A DNA stretch of 64,000 bases from Microthyrium microscopicum. Its lineage: Eukaryota. The stretch spans positions 2,038,506-2,102,505 of the forward strand of contig MU004235.1 in the NCBI GenBank assembly GCA_010405405.1, in the 5' to 3' direction. The notes below the pieces were generated by a model, which saw only the letters and a list, made by a program, of their open reading frames with translations, did no database searches and was not told the origin of the DNA. Both the position numbers and the translations under genes were made by a program. Positions 13,500 through 26,691 of the stretch are shown here, piece after piece; the first letter of the stretch is position 1; every line of letters starts with the position of its first letter.

Positions 13500-16045
13500 T
13501 ATCTACTTATACGCCTATTTCTACCCTAATAACTATTTTCTAACTTAATATATTTACTTCTACTTTTCTAGTACTTCACCTATTAGTATTTAATTATATA
13601 ATATACTTTTCTACTTAGTTGTTTTTACTCTTTTTAGCTATAGTATTAACTTTCCTTAAGTCGTACTTTTAAGTAAGTTATACCTTATTTTCTAATATTA
13701 TTTTTTTTTTACTTTTTTTTTAATTAACTAATTATTTTTAAAATAGTTAATATACAAGCTATACTAAGAGAAAGCATACTATGCTATAAGTAATAAATAC
13801 TTTTTTTAGTTATTTCTAATAAGTCTAGCAGTCCCTTAAACTTAAGATTAGCTTAGTAAAGCTTAGAAATTTATTAGTAAGTTTTTAGATTATACTATTA
13901 CTTTTATTTCTTTAAAAAGAATACACTCTAGTAAAACCTTCCTCTTAAAGAAGAATAGCTTACCTACTAGCTATACTTATAGCTATATAATCTTCTTTAA
14001 AGATAAAAGTAAGCTTCTTTATTATTAAAGCTTTCTAAAACGAAAGATCTAACTAAATAGTATTAAACTAGATATATTCTATATTTTTTATATTCTACAA
14101 CAAAAGGAACTAAACTACAAATATACCTTTTAGCTTAATTAGTAAGATACTACTATTCTAATTGTATTTAAAACACTAGTAATTTAGTCTAGTATTAAAA
14201 AACATTAATATATTTTACTACTAAAATTAGAAAGAAATCTTTACAATTTATAGCCAAAATAGTTTAGTTTTATTTCTAGCTATAATAATTAAATATAAGT
14301 AATAAATAACTACTATTTATTAATTATTAAGCTAATATCTAATAGGATTCTATAAGGTATTAATAATTAGCCTAAAGAATTTTAAAATATACCTAAAAAT
14401 TAACCACCTAAATAGGCTAATTCTACTACTAAATTTCCTTTTAAAAAAATACTTTCTTAGCCAAAAATACCTTATAGTTCTAAAGCTAAAACTAATAAAA
14501 ATAATATACTAGAATTACACCATTTAGAATAAATAATTTAGTAAAAAAAAGATAAAAAAAAGTAACAAAAAGAAACCATAGAAAGATATATAGTTACTAT
14601 AGTAAGTAATGACTATATTAATTAATATTTATACTAATTATATTTAGGCTAATAGAAGAAGAGTAGCAGCTAAAAAGGGAATTAATCTAGAAAGAACTAG
14701 ACCTACTAACTATTATTCTCCTAACCCTTTTTATAGTCTACAAACTACTCCTACTATTATAGAAGAAAAAGCTATAATATAAAATAATAGTATAGTAGAT
14801 ACTATAAAAGTAGAAAATATAGTAGATTTTAATAATTATAATCTAGATATTTATAGAGACTAGAAATATAATTTTTATTCTCTTATTTAAATTCTAAAAT
14901 TTATTAGTATAGCTTATATAAGTAAACTAATTATANNNNNNNNNNNNNNNNNNNNNNNNNNNNNNNNNNNNNNNNNNNNNNNNNNNNNNNNNNNNNNNNN
15001 NNNNNNNNNNNNNNNNNNNNNNNNNNNNNNNNNNNNNNNNNNNNNNNNNNNNNNNNNNNNNNNNNNNNNNNNNNNNNNNNNNNNNNNNNNNNNNNNNNNN
15101 NNNNNNNNNNNNNNNNNNNNNNNNNNNNNNNNNNNNNNNNNNNNNNNNNNNNNNNNNNNNNNNNNNNNNNNNNNNNNNNNNNNNNNNNNNNNNNNNNNNN
15201 NNNNNNNNNNNNNNNNNNNNNNNNNNNNNNNNNNNNNNNNNNNNNNNNNNNNNNNNNNNNNNNNNNNNNNNNNNNNNNNNNNNNNNNNNNNNNNNNNNNN
15301 NNNNNNNNNNNNNNNNNNNNNNNNNNNNNNNNNNNNNNNNNNNNNNNNNNNNNNNNNNNNNNNNNNNNNNNNNNNNNNNNNNNNNNNNNNNNNNNNNNNN
15401 NNNNNNNNNNNNNNNNNNNNNNNNNNNNNNNNNNNNNNNNNNNNNNNNNNNNNNNNNNNNNNNNNNNNNNNNNNNNNNNNNNNNNNNNNNNNNNNNNNNN
15501 NNNNNNNNNNNNNNNNNNNNNNNNNNNNNNNNNNNNNNNNNNNNNNNNNNNNNNNNNNNNNNNNNNNNNNNNNNNNNNNNNNNNNNNNNNNNNNNNNNNN
15601 NNNNNNNNNNNNNNNNNNNNNNNNNNNNNNNNNNNNNNNNNNNNNNNNNNNNNNNNNNNNNNNNNNNNNNNNNNNNNNNNNNNNNNNNNNNNNNNNNNNN
15701 NNNNNNNNNNNNNNNNNNNNNNNNNNNNNNNNNNNNNNNNNNNNNNNNNNNNNNNNNNNNNNNNNNNNNNNNNNNNNNNNNNNNNNNNNNNNNNNNNNNN
15801 NNNNNNNNNNNNNNNNNNNNNNNNNNNNNNNNNNNNNNNNNNNNNNNNNNNNNNNNNNNNNNNNNNNNNNNNNNNNNNNNNNNNNNNNNNNNNNNNNNNN
15901 NNNNNNNNNNNNNNNNNNNNAATTAATTTAATTAGTACAGACCCCAAATTAATACTAAGTTAATTTGAAAATCAAGAATTAAAATTAATTTAATTAGTAT
16001 TAATTCGAAATTAATTAAAAAGTACTAAATTAAATCACAACCCTG
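13500..16045 (+). mobile_element. Possible RIPed hAT DNA transposon remnant with right terminus at 16045
   Basis: De-RIPed W..LD..H(S)GE-like stretch ~13865-13940 and SQKYP(T)-like ~14459; right end reads CAGGGTTGTGAT on the minus strand, similar to the MITE TIR CAGTGTTGTAAT; spans a gap and no left TIR found. Confidence 0.3.
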
Positions 16046-16670
16046 CCCCTGGCAGGTGTGGAACTTTTTTGATTTTCCAGATCACATGCGCCGGGATCGC
16101 GCATGCATTAAGTCTCCACCATCCACATCAAACTGTTTGCTCATCCTCTCTGCTCTTCTCTATTCTTCTCCACGTTTGGCTTTAGTATCGCTTATTATTG
16201 TTCTACAAGTCAAGCTTTTGTCTGATTCTTTTTTGTCTATCTTCATTGCTATTGCTATTGACGCCAAATCCGTACGACCAACTGAGCAATCCATTGCGCG
16301 GTTCCCCACTCCATCTGAAAACCTCTTCCCAGTCTTCCCCGGAATATTCTCACAATCTCTTGCCAACTTGCAACCCGTGCAATCCGCCCTTCAGTACGGA
16401 AGTTAACCTTACCTACATACACTCGCAACATTATTGGCCTGAATACCTGTCAGATTTTGGCATACCAGAACCCTGAGAGAGATCATCCCTCTTTCTTACA
16501 TTGACCTTCTTGGACCCTCTCTAGTCTTCCTCCACCCCGGCTTTGACTTCGTCATACCGCAGCTTCACATGCGACGCTCATAATACTTCTCGTAACCCCT
16601 CTCTTCTTCTCGTATAAGGCTACGTCTCACCCTCATTTGCTTTCTAGAGCAAGTTCCTGCACTCATCACA

Positions 16671-17878
16671 ATGGCCATACACGCAAGCGACCTTCCCCTA
16701 CTTCGCCCTCTTCCGAGAAGACCCTTTGCCAACGGACTCGAGTCTCCATCAACTCCTCAACCACAATTTGAAGCACAAGAATCACAAGAATTGTCCGACA
16801 TAGTGTCGCCCGCGAACGATGACTATTTAGCACCAGATTCGCAAAATGGCAGTTCTGACAAAGTCCCGCGATCACGCTCCATTCTTAATTTGACGAGCTC
16901 GACGCTCTTCGGAATATACTCCCCAACATCGCTAAATGAAAGCACTTCTACACCCGCAACACCATGGGGTACTGGTGCAGAAACACCTGCACGGAATGAG
17001 AGCATTGAAGGTCTTGGAGCAGCGCTGGCCAATTTGAACAATAGACGTGGTTTACCGGATGGTAAAGAGATTGCAAACAGACTGCTCGATGGTCAAGATC
17101 ACCGCAATGGAAGACCCATTACGCAACGAAGGAGGACACCTCCCATTTCAAAACCATCACTACTCAAACTCGTTTTCCGAAACCTCTTGCTCTTCGTACT
17201 GGGAGTTGGTTATGGAGCACTGGTTGCACAACTAAACTCCAGTCGGTCCTTTTCGCCAATACAAATTCCCAAGGCTCAAACTCCTATTCTAGATGGATCC
17301 AATCTATTATACTTGGCAACATGGGGTCTTGCTGGTCTTGCCATGGGCAATCTTCTACCTTGGGTTGATGGAACCGGGGTCGCGAATCGGATGGAAACTT
17401 CACGGACCAAGAGCACAGTAGGTTGGAACGATGTTATTCGCAGCGTCGGGACTTTCGTAGGAATCGCTTTTGCAATAGTAAGTACTTACATTCTCCTAGT
17501 CAGTCACCATCTAATTTATCAACCTAGCGTCGGCTACCGTGGGAAACCACCCTGCAGCTCTCCGTCACCCTCTCACTTGCAAATCCAGTTCTATGGTATC
17601 TCCTCGACCGTACATCCGCCGGTTTCATGCTTTCTGCTTTCGTAAGCTTCATCGGCACGCTGGCCATATTCTTCACCAATCCAACACTCATACCCGCCCC
17701 CACACTGCAATTTGCAGCACGTCAATACCAACATTTTCACACGAATGCCACAGATTCTGGCGCTTTACCAGCTTTCGATGGCAGACACGAGACGATAGCA
17801 ACAGCTACCTGGATTGCGAGCGTACTGTTCTGCAGTTGCGTCACATTTGGAAATATAGGGCGCCTACTATCAAGCTGA
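16671..17878 (+). CDS. INSIG-domain ER membrane protein (Nsg1/Nsg2-like); intron 17478-17527
   Basis: Spliced product has VRSVGTFVGIAFAI-RRLPWETTLQLSVTLSLANPVLWYLLDRT and WIASVLFCSCVTFGNIGR, typical of fungal INSIG. Confidence 0.9.
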
Positions 17879-18377
17879 ATTCCGAGCTTAAAGAGCTGTT
17901 GATATGTGTTTAATAGGTACAAAATGTCTATAACAACAATACCCAGGCGTTTGCATATCCAAATTTCAATCCGCAAAATTCTTCTTTCGGCGTCACGTAA
18001 CAGCGTGAGTACGATTTAGCTTAGTTTTAATGAGAAAGCCTTCTCCTTCCAAGCTCACATTTTTCACAGTCAAATGGATGCTTCTCCTGGAGGTTGTTAC
18101 TGACTCGAGACTTGAATTACTCGGGAATTCGGCATCCATCCTCCCATCTCTTAAACCCCATCCAGTCAAAAGTCGTCTGCTCATGGCTCCCTACCAGTTT
18201 AGACACCCTTAGCACCCAAACTCTCCCCTTCTCCTATTATTTACATTTCTCCCCTATCAAACCCAACATCAAGATTTTGATAAATGCCCCAAATGCTTGA
18301 ACAACCGCAATCCCAATTGCTACCCATTTCTTACCACCCCCAATCCAAGAATCATTGTTCCGGAACCGTAGACCGCC

Positions 18378-19562
18378 ATGGCGAGCAACGACACCACACC
18401 ACATTCCAATTTAGTCCTCCCCCTCTCCCTTAAAGAAGGCTGCCTCACCAGCGCCTTTCTGTCCATGGGCTTTATTCTCTGGCTCGAAGTCGCCCTCCTA
18501 CTCCTGTTAACCGTCAAGCGCAACAAGAGCCTATACTACCGTGCCCTCATCTCCGCGAACATAGGACTATTATTCTGGATACTGGGTATCATGCTTTCGA
18601 ATTTATTGCAGTTGAATCCATGGATTGGGATGAGTTTTGCGGTTCCAGGATATTTGATATTTGTGCCGAGTGGTAATTCTTGCGCCGAGCCTGTAAACCA
18701 CAAACAGGGAAATGTGGCGATGACCTTGGCTAACATGCGAAATAGAGTTGGCAATTCTCTACTCCCGTCTCCATGTCGTTGGCGCCTCCTCGCGCCTCCT
18801 TCTCTACGTGCGGATTGTTTGTACGCTCGAAGTCATCTTCATCACTATTCCAACCGCTGTCATTGGCTTTGGCGTGCGCGTGGCTACCTATACTGTGCCT
18901 GCCTTTATACCTGCTGCGGATACGATGTATAAGATTGAGTGCTGCATTTGGTCGTTTGTAAACACACTCATTGCTGGTATATACTTGGTGCTGTTGCTCA
19001 AGAATTGGAGTAGGGATTCTAAGGAGCCGGGGGTAAGGAGGTTGTTTGCGCATTTGGTGGCGAGTACGGTTGTTCTTGCGTTGGTTATGGCAAGCTGGAT
19101 TGCGATCAGCTTTAGTGGGGCGCTGGAGACGTTGGAGCCGATTATGGTGAGTGATGTGTTTCTGTTTCTAGGACTAGGAATGATGCTGATGATGAGCAGT
19201 GTTTGGTGTTTGGTTTGAGTCTGGCGGTGGAGTTTACTATGGTACAGATGTTGAGGGAGCTTGTGCGGTCGAAGCGGAAGAAGTACGTGTTATCCCGTGC
19301 CAATGACAGGATCCGTGGGCTAATGTGTTCTAGTGATGGGAGGAGTGCTGCATACTTGTCAGGGGCGTCGGGCTTTTCTGTCCACCAGACGAGGCCGCTG
19401 GAACCGGAGTCGGGGCAAGAAAAGCATCGCAAGACAATGTCTTCTGATATGGAGTTGAGAGATATATTGAACGAGCCTGGGCTAGAGGCAGGCATGGAAG
19501 ATGTCTATGTAAGTCCGTCTGGACAAATTCTTGCCAGATCTGGCCGGCGAAGTAGTCGTTGA
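18378..19562 (+). CDS. Multi-pass integral membrane protein (fungal DUF7703-like); introns 18673-18745 and 19147-19199
   Basis: Several hydrophobic helices, ILYSRLHVV motif, canonical GT-AG introns join three ORFs in frame. Confidence 0.75.
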
Positions 19563-19865
19563 TTATGCCAAGTTCCTCGAGGTACGAATTATAACATTGA
19601 GCTATCATAACACAATCGTAAAACAGTGGAAAGATTATGGCGAGGAATGAAGAAGCTGCTGCTTGATGATGAGCGTTTTCGAGCGATGCGCTTACTCGGC
19701 GCGAGCTTCTAAAGTGCCAGCGCAGCTCGCTCTAACGACGCCTTCGAGGTAATAGATATTCCGTACTGATTTGGCGCCTCACAGTCCGTTGTTCAACCAT
19801 CAAGATCGTTGATATATGATGCAGATATCATGAACTGGAGGAGACTGGGAATAGAAGCCCAAGGC

Positions 19866-22800
19866 CTAAGCAGCCCAAGTCTCTCCTTCAACAAATCCAG
19901 GACCGCCATCGGCAACCTTAACAACCTTCGATACAGGAGCATAGATATCATCTCGGTATATCTGACCAGACCATCCCTCCTCCTGGTCCTTCCATTGGCT
20001 TACAACCGCTTCATCCATCCAGAATGATCCTGTGTGCTTGGCAGGGTCCCATTTCCAGCTTTGGACTACACACATTCCAGTCTCCCTCATTTTCACGACT
20101 TTAGGGTCTGAGCTGCCCTTTTCGTCGTCCAGGAGGATGCTGTGGAGTCCAGCCTCTTGGATCTTCAGCATCGAAAGAAGCCTGGTGTTGAAGAAAACAA
20201 GGATGAAATTTGGGTTCTTTCCGTTTGGCACTCCTGAAGGATTATCGATTCCTGGCATTGTGATGGTATAGTTGCGGATCTGGCTCCACTGGGGAGTATA
20301 TATCGACTCGAATGCAAAGGGAAGCTCTTGCTTCCAGAGAGAGGCTAGTGTTCTGAATTCCGCCATAAAGGGAGCCAAATTCAACTTCCTGAGCGGAAAC
20401 TTCTTCTTTGGCTCTGAAGTCTTGAGCGGGCAAGATCTCGGAGGTCTGGCTGTAGTTTGGACTTCATTCGACAAAACACTTGCGAGTATTGGTTTCAACC
20501 AATGCGCGGGATAGCCCACGCTGTGCAGATGTCTAAGGATTCGAAAGAAAACTGAACCATTCAGCGGAGAATAGACAAACACATGAACGGGGTAGAGTTT
20601 TCGCGGATATGGGAGCACGATTTTGAGAAATTGTCTTATAAGCCATGTTTCTAGCTCGGGTTGACTGAGCAAGAATTCATAGCGATATGGGTGGTCGAAT
20701 AGTCTTCTCCAATAATAGTGATCCATTAGGTCAGATATACCATTGGTAAGCCGCGTATCTGGGAACTCTGATCTGCCGTGCACTGGAAACACCTGCACTA
20801 GTTTTGCCTTCTCGGAAATACCAATATATTCGTTGTTGAAATCTTCGATTGTCGGGAAATTTGGTGGGTTTCGCACGCAAGTTGACATGAACTCTGCGGT
20901 GGAGTTGACTTTCAGAATCGGAATTCCGAAGAGGAAGGAGCTGAGGCTGCCTCCAATATAATCACTGCAGATTTATGTGAGATGGCCATCAGCAATCGGC
21001 AGGCTTATAACTTACGGTATGTTGCTGAGGTGAATGCCATCATACCGGACAGGAAAGTCCTTATCTCGGTCTGGCATCTTCGACCAGCGAATATCCTCTA
21101 GAAACTCTGTGGTCTCTCCAAGAACAACTTCCACAGTAAACCTGCCTTTCAAAAGTCTAATTGAATGAGCAGCGAGCTGAAAGTAGATCTTTGTAAAGTC
21201 ATATAATGACATTTTGGAAGGCTCATCATATTGTCGTGGATCCACTAGGTTTTTCGCCACAAAGAAAGGATTATTCCCAAGATCTGTGATCTCCCCGTTT
21301 GCTTCATTAGCGACGTGTATCAGGGTCCGATTGGTCTTCCAGTTCTCTCTGAGATACGTCTTGATTTCTTGACGACGACCTGACGAGGGAGGATTTTTGA
21401 TGAGTTTGGATAGCTCTGGCTCCTTTATTTTGCCAGTGACTTCAGGCGGATATATAAGGAGCATATCAGAAAAGTCTTTCTCGTCCAACAGCCTCGCGCC
21501 CATTGAATCGTCAGCGCCAGGGTTGATTGCCTCCCATTTTGCCTTTGCGAGAGCTAGCTCTGTGGATAACATGGTAGACGCTACTCCAATTGAGGCAGTT
21601 TGCCATGCCTTCAATGCTTGGATGATAGCCGGTCGATACTTGTTGTCAAAGCATATCCAGGTGGGAAGAGCCGTATAACCTTCAAGAACGCTGATTGCCT
21701 TCTCAAGTATCCGATCAAGCTCCATGTCAACCCAGGCAGGAACTATTTGAGCTACATAGAGCGCAGTCATAGAGAATTGGAGGACCTCTCTTCGTAATAC
21801 CTTTTCCTTACTTTTGGAAGAAAGTTCAAACAAGCTCAACTCATCCAGAAGTAACCAGAAGATCATATCTCGAGCGAGAATTTCTGGTGATATATCGTTG
21901 ACCGTAAAGTGGAAGTTTTGCTCGATGGTTTTGATTTCAGCTAGGTAAAAGTACATCAGCCATGTACCCAGGTTCAACATTGCAGTATGATCAAATAACT
22001 CAAAAGTAGGTGTGTATAAGGTAGTAAAGCCACGACAAGACATTATGATCTTTGACTGGCGTTTTTCTTCGCCTCAGGAACCTCTTCATTCTTATCAAAT
22101 GACAGGAGAGCAGAGATGACTCACATGATGCGGCCAAGTGTCCGAGAGTTTCGTAAAGATGGCGAGCGTCCCCAATGCCTCCAAGGAATACGGCGTATAT
22201 TTTGTCGGTTTTGCTTGTTTGGTTGCTTTCCTGCTCAGCCGGTTTGAACAGATTCAGTGGCTGGTCGTGACCGGTAGGGAAATAGTTCATGTTTGGGTCT
22301 CTAATTAGTCGTTAGATAATTGAGAGCCTCAGCAACTGATCATATTACAGACAATGAAACCTTGTATCGAGGAAGGTGCATAACCGATTTGGTTCCTCGC
22401 TGAAGAGGACTGTCCTGATCAAACTTCAAACCCAACTCAGCACTGGCTCGAATTACCGACGTTTCGGCGTTGCTTGCAGTGATCGAGCCCATAGTTTGGA
22501 GCGCTTCAGCATATTTGCCTAAATGGATCTGTGCTTGTGCAATTCGCAGGAGCAGACGTGTTCTTGATGGACTATCTGGAGCCTCATCCTTCATGTTCAT
22601 GAGCAGCAATGTCTTTTGACCTACGAGTACTGCCATTGTGTAGTTTCCACTTTCGTAAAATACAGCGGCCATATTGGAGGGAGGCCTAAAATCATTCATA
22701 TCTGCCTCGCAAGCATTCTTGTAGGACAACAAGGCTATGAAAGGTTACTTTTTATGCTACGCTCACAACAACGCTGTTCAGTGTTTGGTACTAACCTTCG

Positions 22801-22886
22801 CTAAAATTCTTTGCTTTGTATAAGGCATTTCCAGCTTCCCTGAACTCAGAAGAAGCTTTGGGATTAGCAATTCTTGGAGCCGCCAT
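19866..22886 (-). CDS. TPR + DUF4470 domain protein (multi-exon)
   Basis: N-terminal REAGNALYK / SNMAAVFYESGNY TPR; VFLGGIGDARHLYETL, HFTVNDISPEILARD and YDGIHLSNIP motifs. Confidence 0.8.
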
Positions 22887-23645
22887 ATTTAATCACTTCT
22901 TGATAAGCAGGGTACAATAAAGCGGAGCGAAGAAGAAAATGTCAGATTGCCACGACGTATCATGAAATGAAGTTGAATTAAAATCATTTTGGAGTTTGCT
23001 AGTGGGCGTGCGTCACGCTATTAAATTAACTTCCATGCATAAGACATGCGGCCTTTGGAACCTTGGAAGCTTCATGTACCAGCGGAAAATAATAGACGGT
23101 GTGCAACCAGGACCAAACTATCATCTCAGACGCATGGTTCAGAGATAGTACAAGAGACCCCTCATATTGTCTACTACGTAGAACGGTAGGAGCAATCAAA
23201 TGACAATACGCTGCTTGATATTTGAAGCTTATTTCATTTTGCAAGATCACCGGTGAGATCTTCAGATGAAAAGCATTGATTTGGTCTTTAATGTTAGCGT
23301 TGTTGTATTTAAAAAAAAATGAGAAACTTCTTCAATACTCTTCCCATTTCTAAAAAGGTTTACGTCGATTTAGTCGTTGGCCAAAATAGAAAGAGTCACT
23401 TTGAATCCTTCTCCCACCATGATTTCGAAGAGAAGAAGTATTCTCTAAAACTTATAGGGGGCTTACTTGGACATATGATCTGATTAGTTTTCAAGTATGA
23501 AGAGATTGCAGCTAATCTTCATGGTGAAATGGTTACTTTTTCAATAGGAGGCTATTCAAATCTCAGGCCAGGACTAAATCAGCATAGAGAACAGGAAGTA
23601 AACCAGTCATACGTTGGACCAAGATATGCATAGAATCCTCAATCC

Positions 23646-24674
23646 TCACTCCCCAGAGACCTGGATTACCAACTTCCCGCGCGTTCGTCCAGTTTTCATT
23701 CGTTCAAAAGCATCTCCTGCTTGGTCAAGACTATACACCTTCTCGATGAAAGGTTTCAGCTTGCCATCTTTGATCCAGCCGGCAAGCTTCACGAGTTCCT
23801 CACTATCAGCCTTGCGTCCAACAAAAGCAGCTTTTCTTTGACCCCCTCCGAGCCAAGTTGGTTGGGCCATCATCTTTGCGATACCGATGAGACTGGATGT
23901 ATCCGGCCCACCAGCAATGGTGACATATTTTCCAGTCGTTTCGAGGTAATGATGCGAATTGCTGTAAATGGGTCCTGCCATGGTGACATTATCAACAATT
24001 AAGTCGTACTGCAGCCCGTCCTTCTTCAGCTCTTCGATGACATCAGTAGACTTGTAGTCAATGACATTGTCCGCCCCTAGACTCTTGCAAAGCTCGACGT
24101 TAGGACCAGAGCATATAGCAGTGACAGTGCAACCCAGAATCCTGGCGAGTTGAATGCCAAAGGTTCCTGTTCCACCACTCGCGCCGTTGATGATGATCTT
24201 AGAGCCGCTGTTCACGTAGGGTGCGATGCATTGCATGGCTGTCTGAGCAGCCACTCCCAAAGTCGCGGCGTCTTTGAGATCCACGCCATCTGGAAGTTTA
24301 GCAACATTCTCAGCTCCCTCGATTACTGCATACTCGGCAAGTGTGCCGAATTTGGGCGCGGCAGTGCAACCGGCCACCTTGTCGCCAGGCTTAAGATGAG
24401 GCAGATTTGTGGTGACAACCGTCCCGGCGTAATCGCTTGCTGGGATCCATGGTCCTTTGCCCATTGCCGCGAATCGAGCAGGGCCAAACTCGGGAAGCTT
24501 GTAGTCTACTGGATTGAGGCTTGCGAAAGATATTCTGACTAACGCCGAATCTTTCGGAAGTGAACGAGCATCTTTTGGTAGCGGAGTGGTAGGATTGACT
24601 TTGAGACTGGATTCAATTGGCGCTGTCGTCCACTGCGCAGAGCGCATCTGATCCGGGATGTTTGATTCTGACAT
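23646..24674 (-). CDS. Zinc-independent MDR-family NADPH oxidoreductase (RTN4IP1/quinone reductase-like)
   Basis: ASLNPVDYK, INGASGGTGTFGIQLA, LGADNVIDY, GRTRGKLVI. Confidence 0.92.
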   Translation of the reverse strand: MSESNIPDQMRSAQWTTAPIESSLKVNPTTPLPKDARSLPKDSALVRISFASLNPVDYKLPEFGPARFAAMGKGPWIPASDYAGTVVTTNLPHLKPGDKVAGCTAAPKFGTLAEYAVIEGAENVAKLPDGVDLKDAATLGVAAQTAMQCIAPYVNSGSKIIINGASGGTGTFGIQLARILGCTVTAICSGPNVELCKSLGADNVIDYKSTDVIEELKKDGLQYDLIVDNVTMAGPIYSNSHHYLETTGKYVTIAGGPDTSSLIGIAKMMAQPTWLGGGQRKAAFVGRKADSEELVKLAGWIKDGKLKPFIEKVYSLDQAGDAFERMKTGRTRGKLVIQVSGE

Positions 24675-25245
24675 GCTCACGAATGCAAGAGGTGAAATTC
24701 TTGAAGGTGAAGATCTTGAAGGCAGGCGTGGATTTGATCTACAGTGAATTAAGAGACTCGTTGATACGGTAAGACCTTACCGTCTGTACCATTTTGATGG
24801 AAATACGTCTTGGAAGAGAAGGAGGTGGTGGTGAAGTCATCATAGACCTTCCCGGTCGCACGAGGGGACCCATCTCCAAGCTCTCAAGCTATACCCCTCT
24901 GTTACAGTCGACCCTCAACATTTCAAACCTGAAGCTGTCAATTACCGACATCTCCAAATTCGTATTTCCTTGTTTCTCTGTATTTTTAATAAGATTGTGC
25001 TCGATATGCTAGGCAGGGCATTGACACAGATATTGCTCATGCCCAACTCAGGACGAGCCTATGTGTCGCGAGATATGGCTGCGGAAACTGCAGACCAAAT
25101 TTGCGAAGAAGCAATCACGATGAATTTGACCTTACACTCGGTTCAAGTCGAAGCTTTGATGACATGACATGTTTACATTCCAAAGTACGACCTTCGAGAC
25201 CAATAAGAGTACAGTGTCTCGTATGGAGATGCTTTCAGTATCGTG

Positions 25246-26199
25246 CTATATCGCAATAGCGACAAATAGGATGAGAATCAGTCCTATATAAGGTCCCATG
25301 AAGCGTGGCGCGGAAGACTGTTCTGGACCTTGGACCCAAAGGCAATTTGGTGAATCATCCCGACTGTTGACGAGCCAAGTTCTGTCCACGGCTTTCCAAG
25401 TCTCATTTTGTGACATACCAGGAATACATTCGTGATGAACCATAGTGTAGTTGAGGCACTTCCTGTAAGCCTTCGAATCATCCTCTGGCTGCCGTTCGGA
25501 ACAGCACCGATAGTCGAAGCCTCTCACGATAAGATCTTGATCAGTCCGTCGATTTGAGCGTGAGCTGGGGGGATGTTCACCCATCTTAGGATTTTGCAAG
25601 ATCTGGATTGTTTGCCAGTCTGTCTGCCAAGATTCCACGGAAGGATAAAGATCAGCCTGAAATTCTAAAGGCGCTTTATCGTTGATTTTGGTGATGTTGA
25701 CGTAGAAGCCATCGACCAAGCTGTGGGTACTGCCATCGAACCAGTTGGTCAAAGATGTTGTAAGGCCCATTATGATCGTGAGCCAAGTGCCCGATTCAGT
25801 GCCAAATGGATGATACCCGTAGGAAAGGTACCCAGTGAAGCAAGGCAAGTCCATTTCATTGGGGTACCTCGCATCCGTCCATTTCAACTGGGACAACTGG
25901 TTTGTGCTGTTGTAACAGACTCTTCCATAATTCCACATAGTCTGTTGTGAATGTCTCGCTTCCGCCAAAGTGTCGTCAACTAGGTCTTGATGCTCCTTCT
26001 TGAACCAGAATGGCTCTGTACTTTTCTCTGAAATCGTCTCGTTGAGTCTGCATCTCTTCCTGTGATCGCACGAATTTTTTGGCGGAAGGCAAATCGACCA
26101 TGCATTGACGCCCATGTTATCCTCCCAAAAGGAGGTCACGCCTTGGAGCTGTAGCATGGTGAGCAGGACGGCAACCTGGATTGACCTTCGGAATAACAT
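25246..26199 (-). CDS. Putative secreted / GPI-anchored Cys-rich protein of unknown function
   Basis: 317-aa ORF with N-terminal signal-like segment, many Cys, hydrophobic C-terminal tail YIGLILILFVAIAI. Confidence 0.65.
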   Translation of the reverse strand: MLFRRSIQVAVLLTMLQLQGVTSFWEDNMGVNAWSICLPPKNSCDHRKRCRLNETISEKSTEPFWFKKEHQDLVDDTLAEARHSQQTMWNYGRVCYNSTNQLSQLKWTDARYPNEMDLPCFTGYLSYGYHPFGTESGTWLTIIMGLTTSLTNWFDGSTHSLVDGFYVNITKINDKAPLEFQADLYPSVESWQTDWQTIQILQNPKMGEHPPSSRSNRRTDQDLIVRGFDYRCCSERQPEDDSKAYRKCLNYTMVHHECIPGMSQNETWKAVDRTWLVNSRDDSPNCLWVQGPEQSSAPRFMGPYIGLILILFVAIAI

Positions 26200-26691
26200 T
26201 TGTATTGATAAGGAGATTCGGTTGATAATGATGATTTCGCAATGATCCGGGCGATAGTAGTACTGTTCTTTGTCTCAAGCAGCAGAAAGCAACAAATGTA
26301 AACATCATGGATGTCAATAGCTGACCACGCTGTTGGGCAAGAACCACTCGGAAAAAGCAGTCGCGACGGTAGAGCTAGACCATTTGAAGTTACGCAGAGC
26401 ATGGCTTCTTGCGAACGAAAACACACCGCGACTGTACTGTACGACATCCTTTGCTTGAAGAACCTCGTGAGTCGTGTTGGTATTAGTAAAAGAAGAGTAC
26501 AATTGTCTCACGTGGCAAAGTTCGGGACAAGCAACAGGGTCCTTCATTGAAGTGATCAAAGTTGATCGGTAGCAGATGCCCTTGGTCCTTTGTATGGCCC
26601 GGGGCATTAGCACCAGTGCCGATTGCGAAGCTATAAGGCTGGGGCATTTCCGGTCCAACCGAATGGATGCACATGATCCACAGTCTCTTGC

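Larger units (their letters stand above)
1..16045. other. AT-rich RIP-degenerated repeat compartment (assembly gaps at 12141-12150 and 14936-15920)
   Basis: Very low GC, TpA excess, CpA/TpG depletion, TE ORFs broken by TAA/TAG; the two LTR copies differ almost only by C/T and G/A transitions. Confidence 0.95.

Noticed and set aside
14931..15947. 338-aa ORF in the track
   Set aside because: Artefact of the N gap
16610..16616. TCGTATA (yeast Upc2 sterol element) upstream of INSIG
   Set aside because: Single 7-mer only ~55 bp from the ATG, probably within the 5' UTR; could be chance
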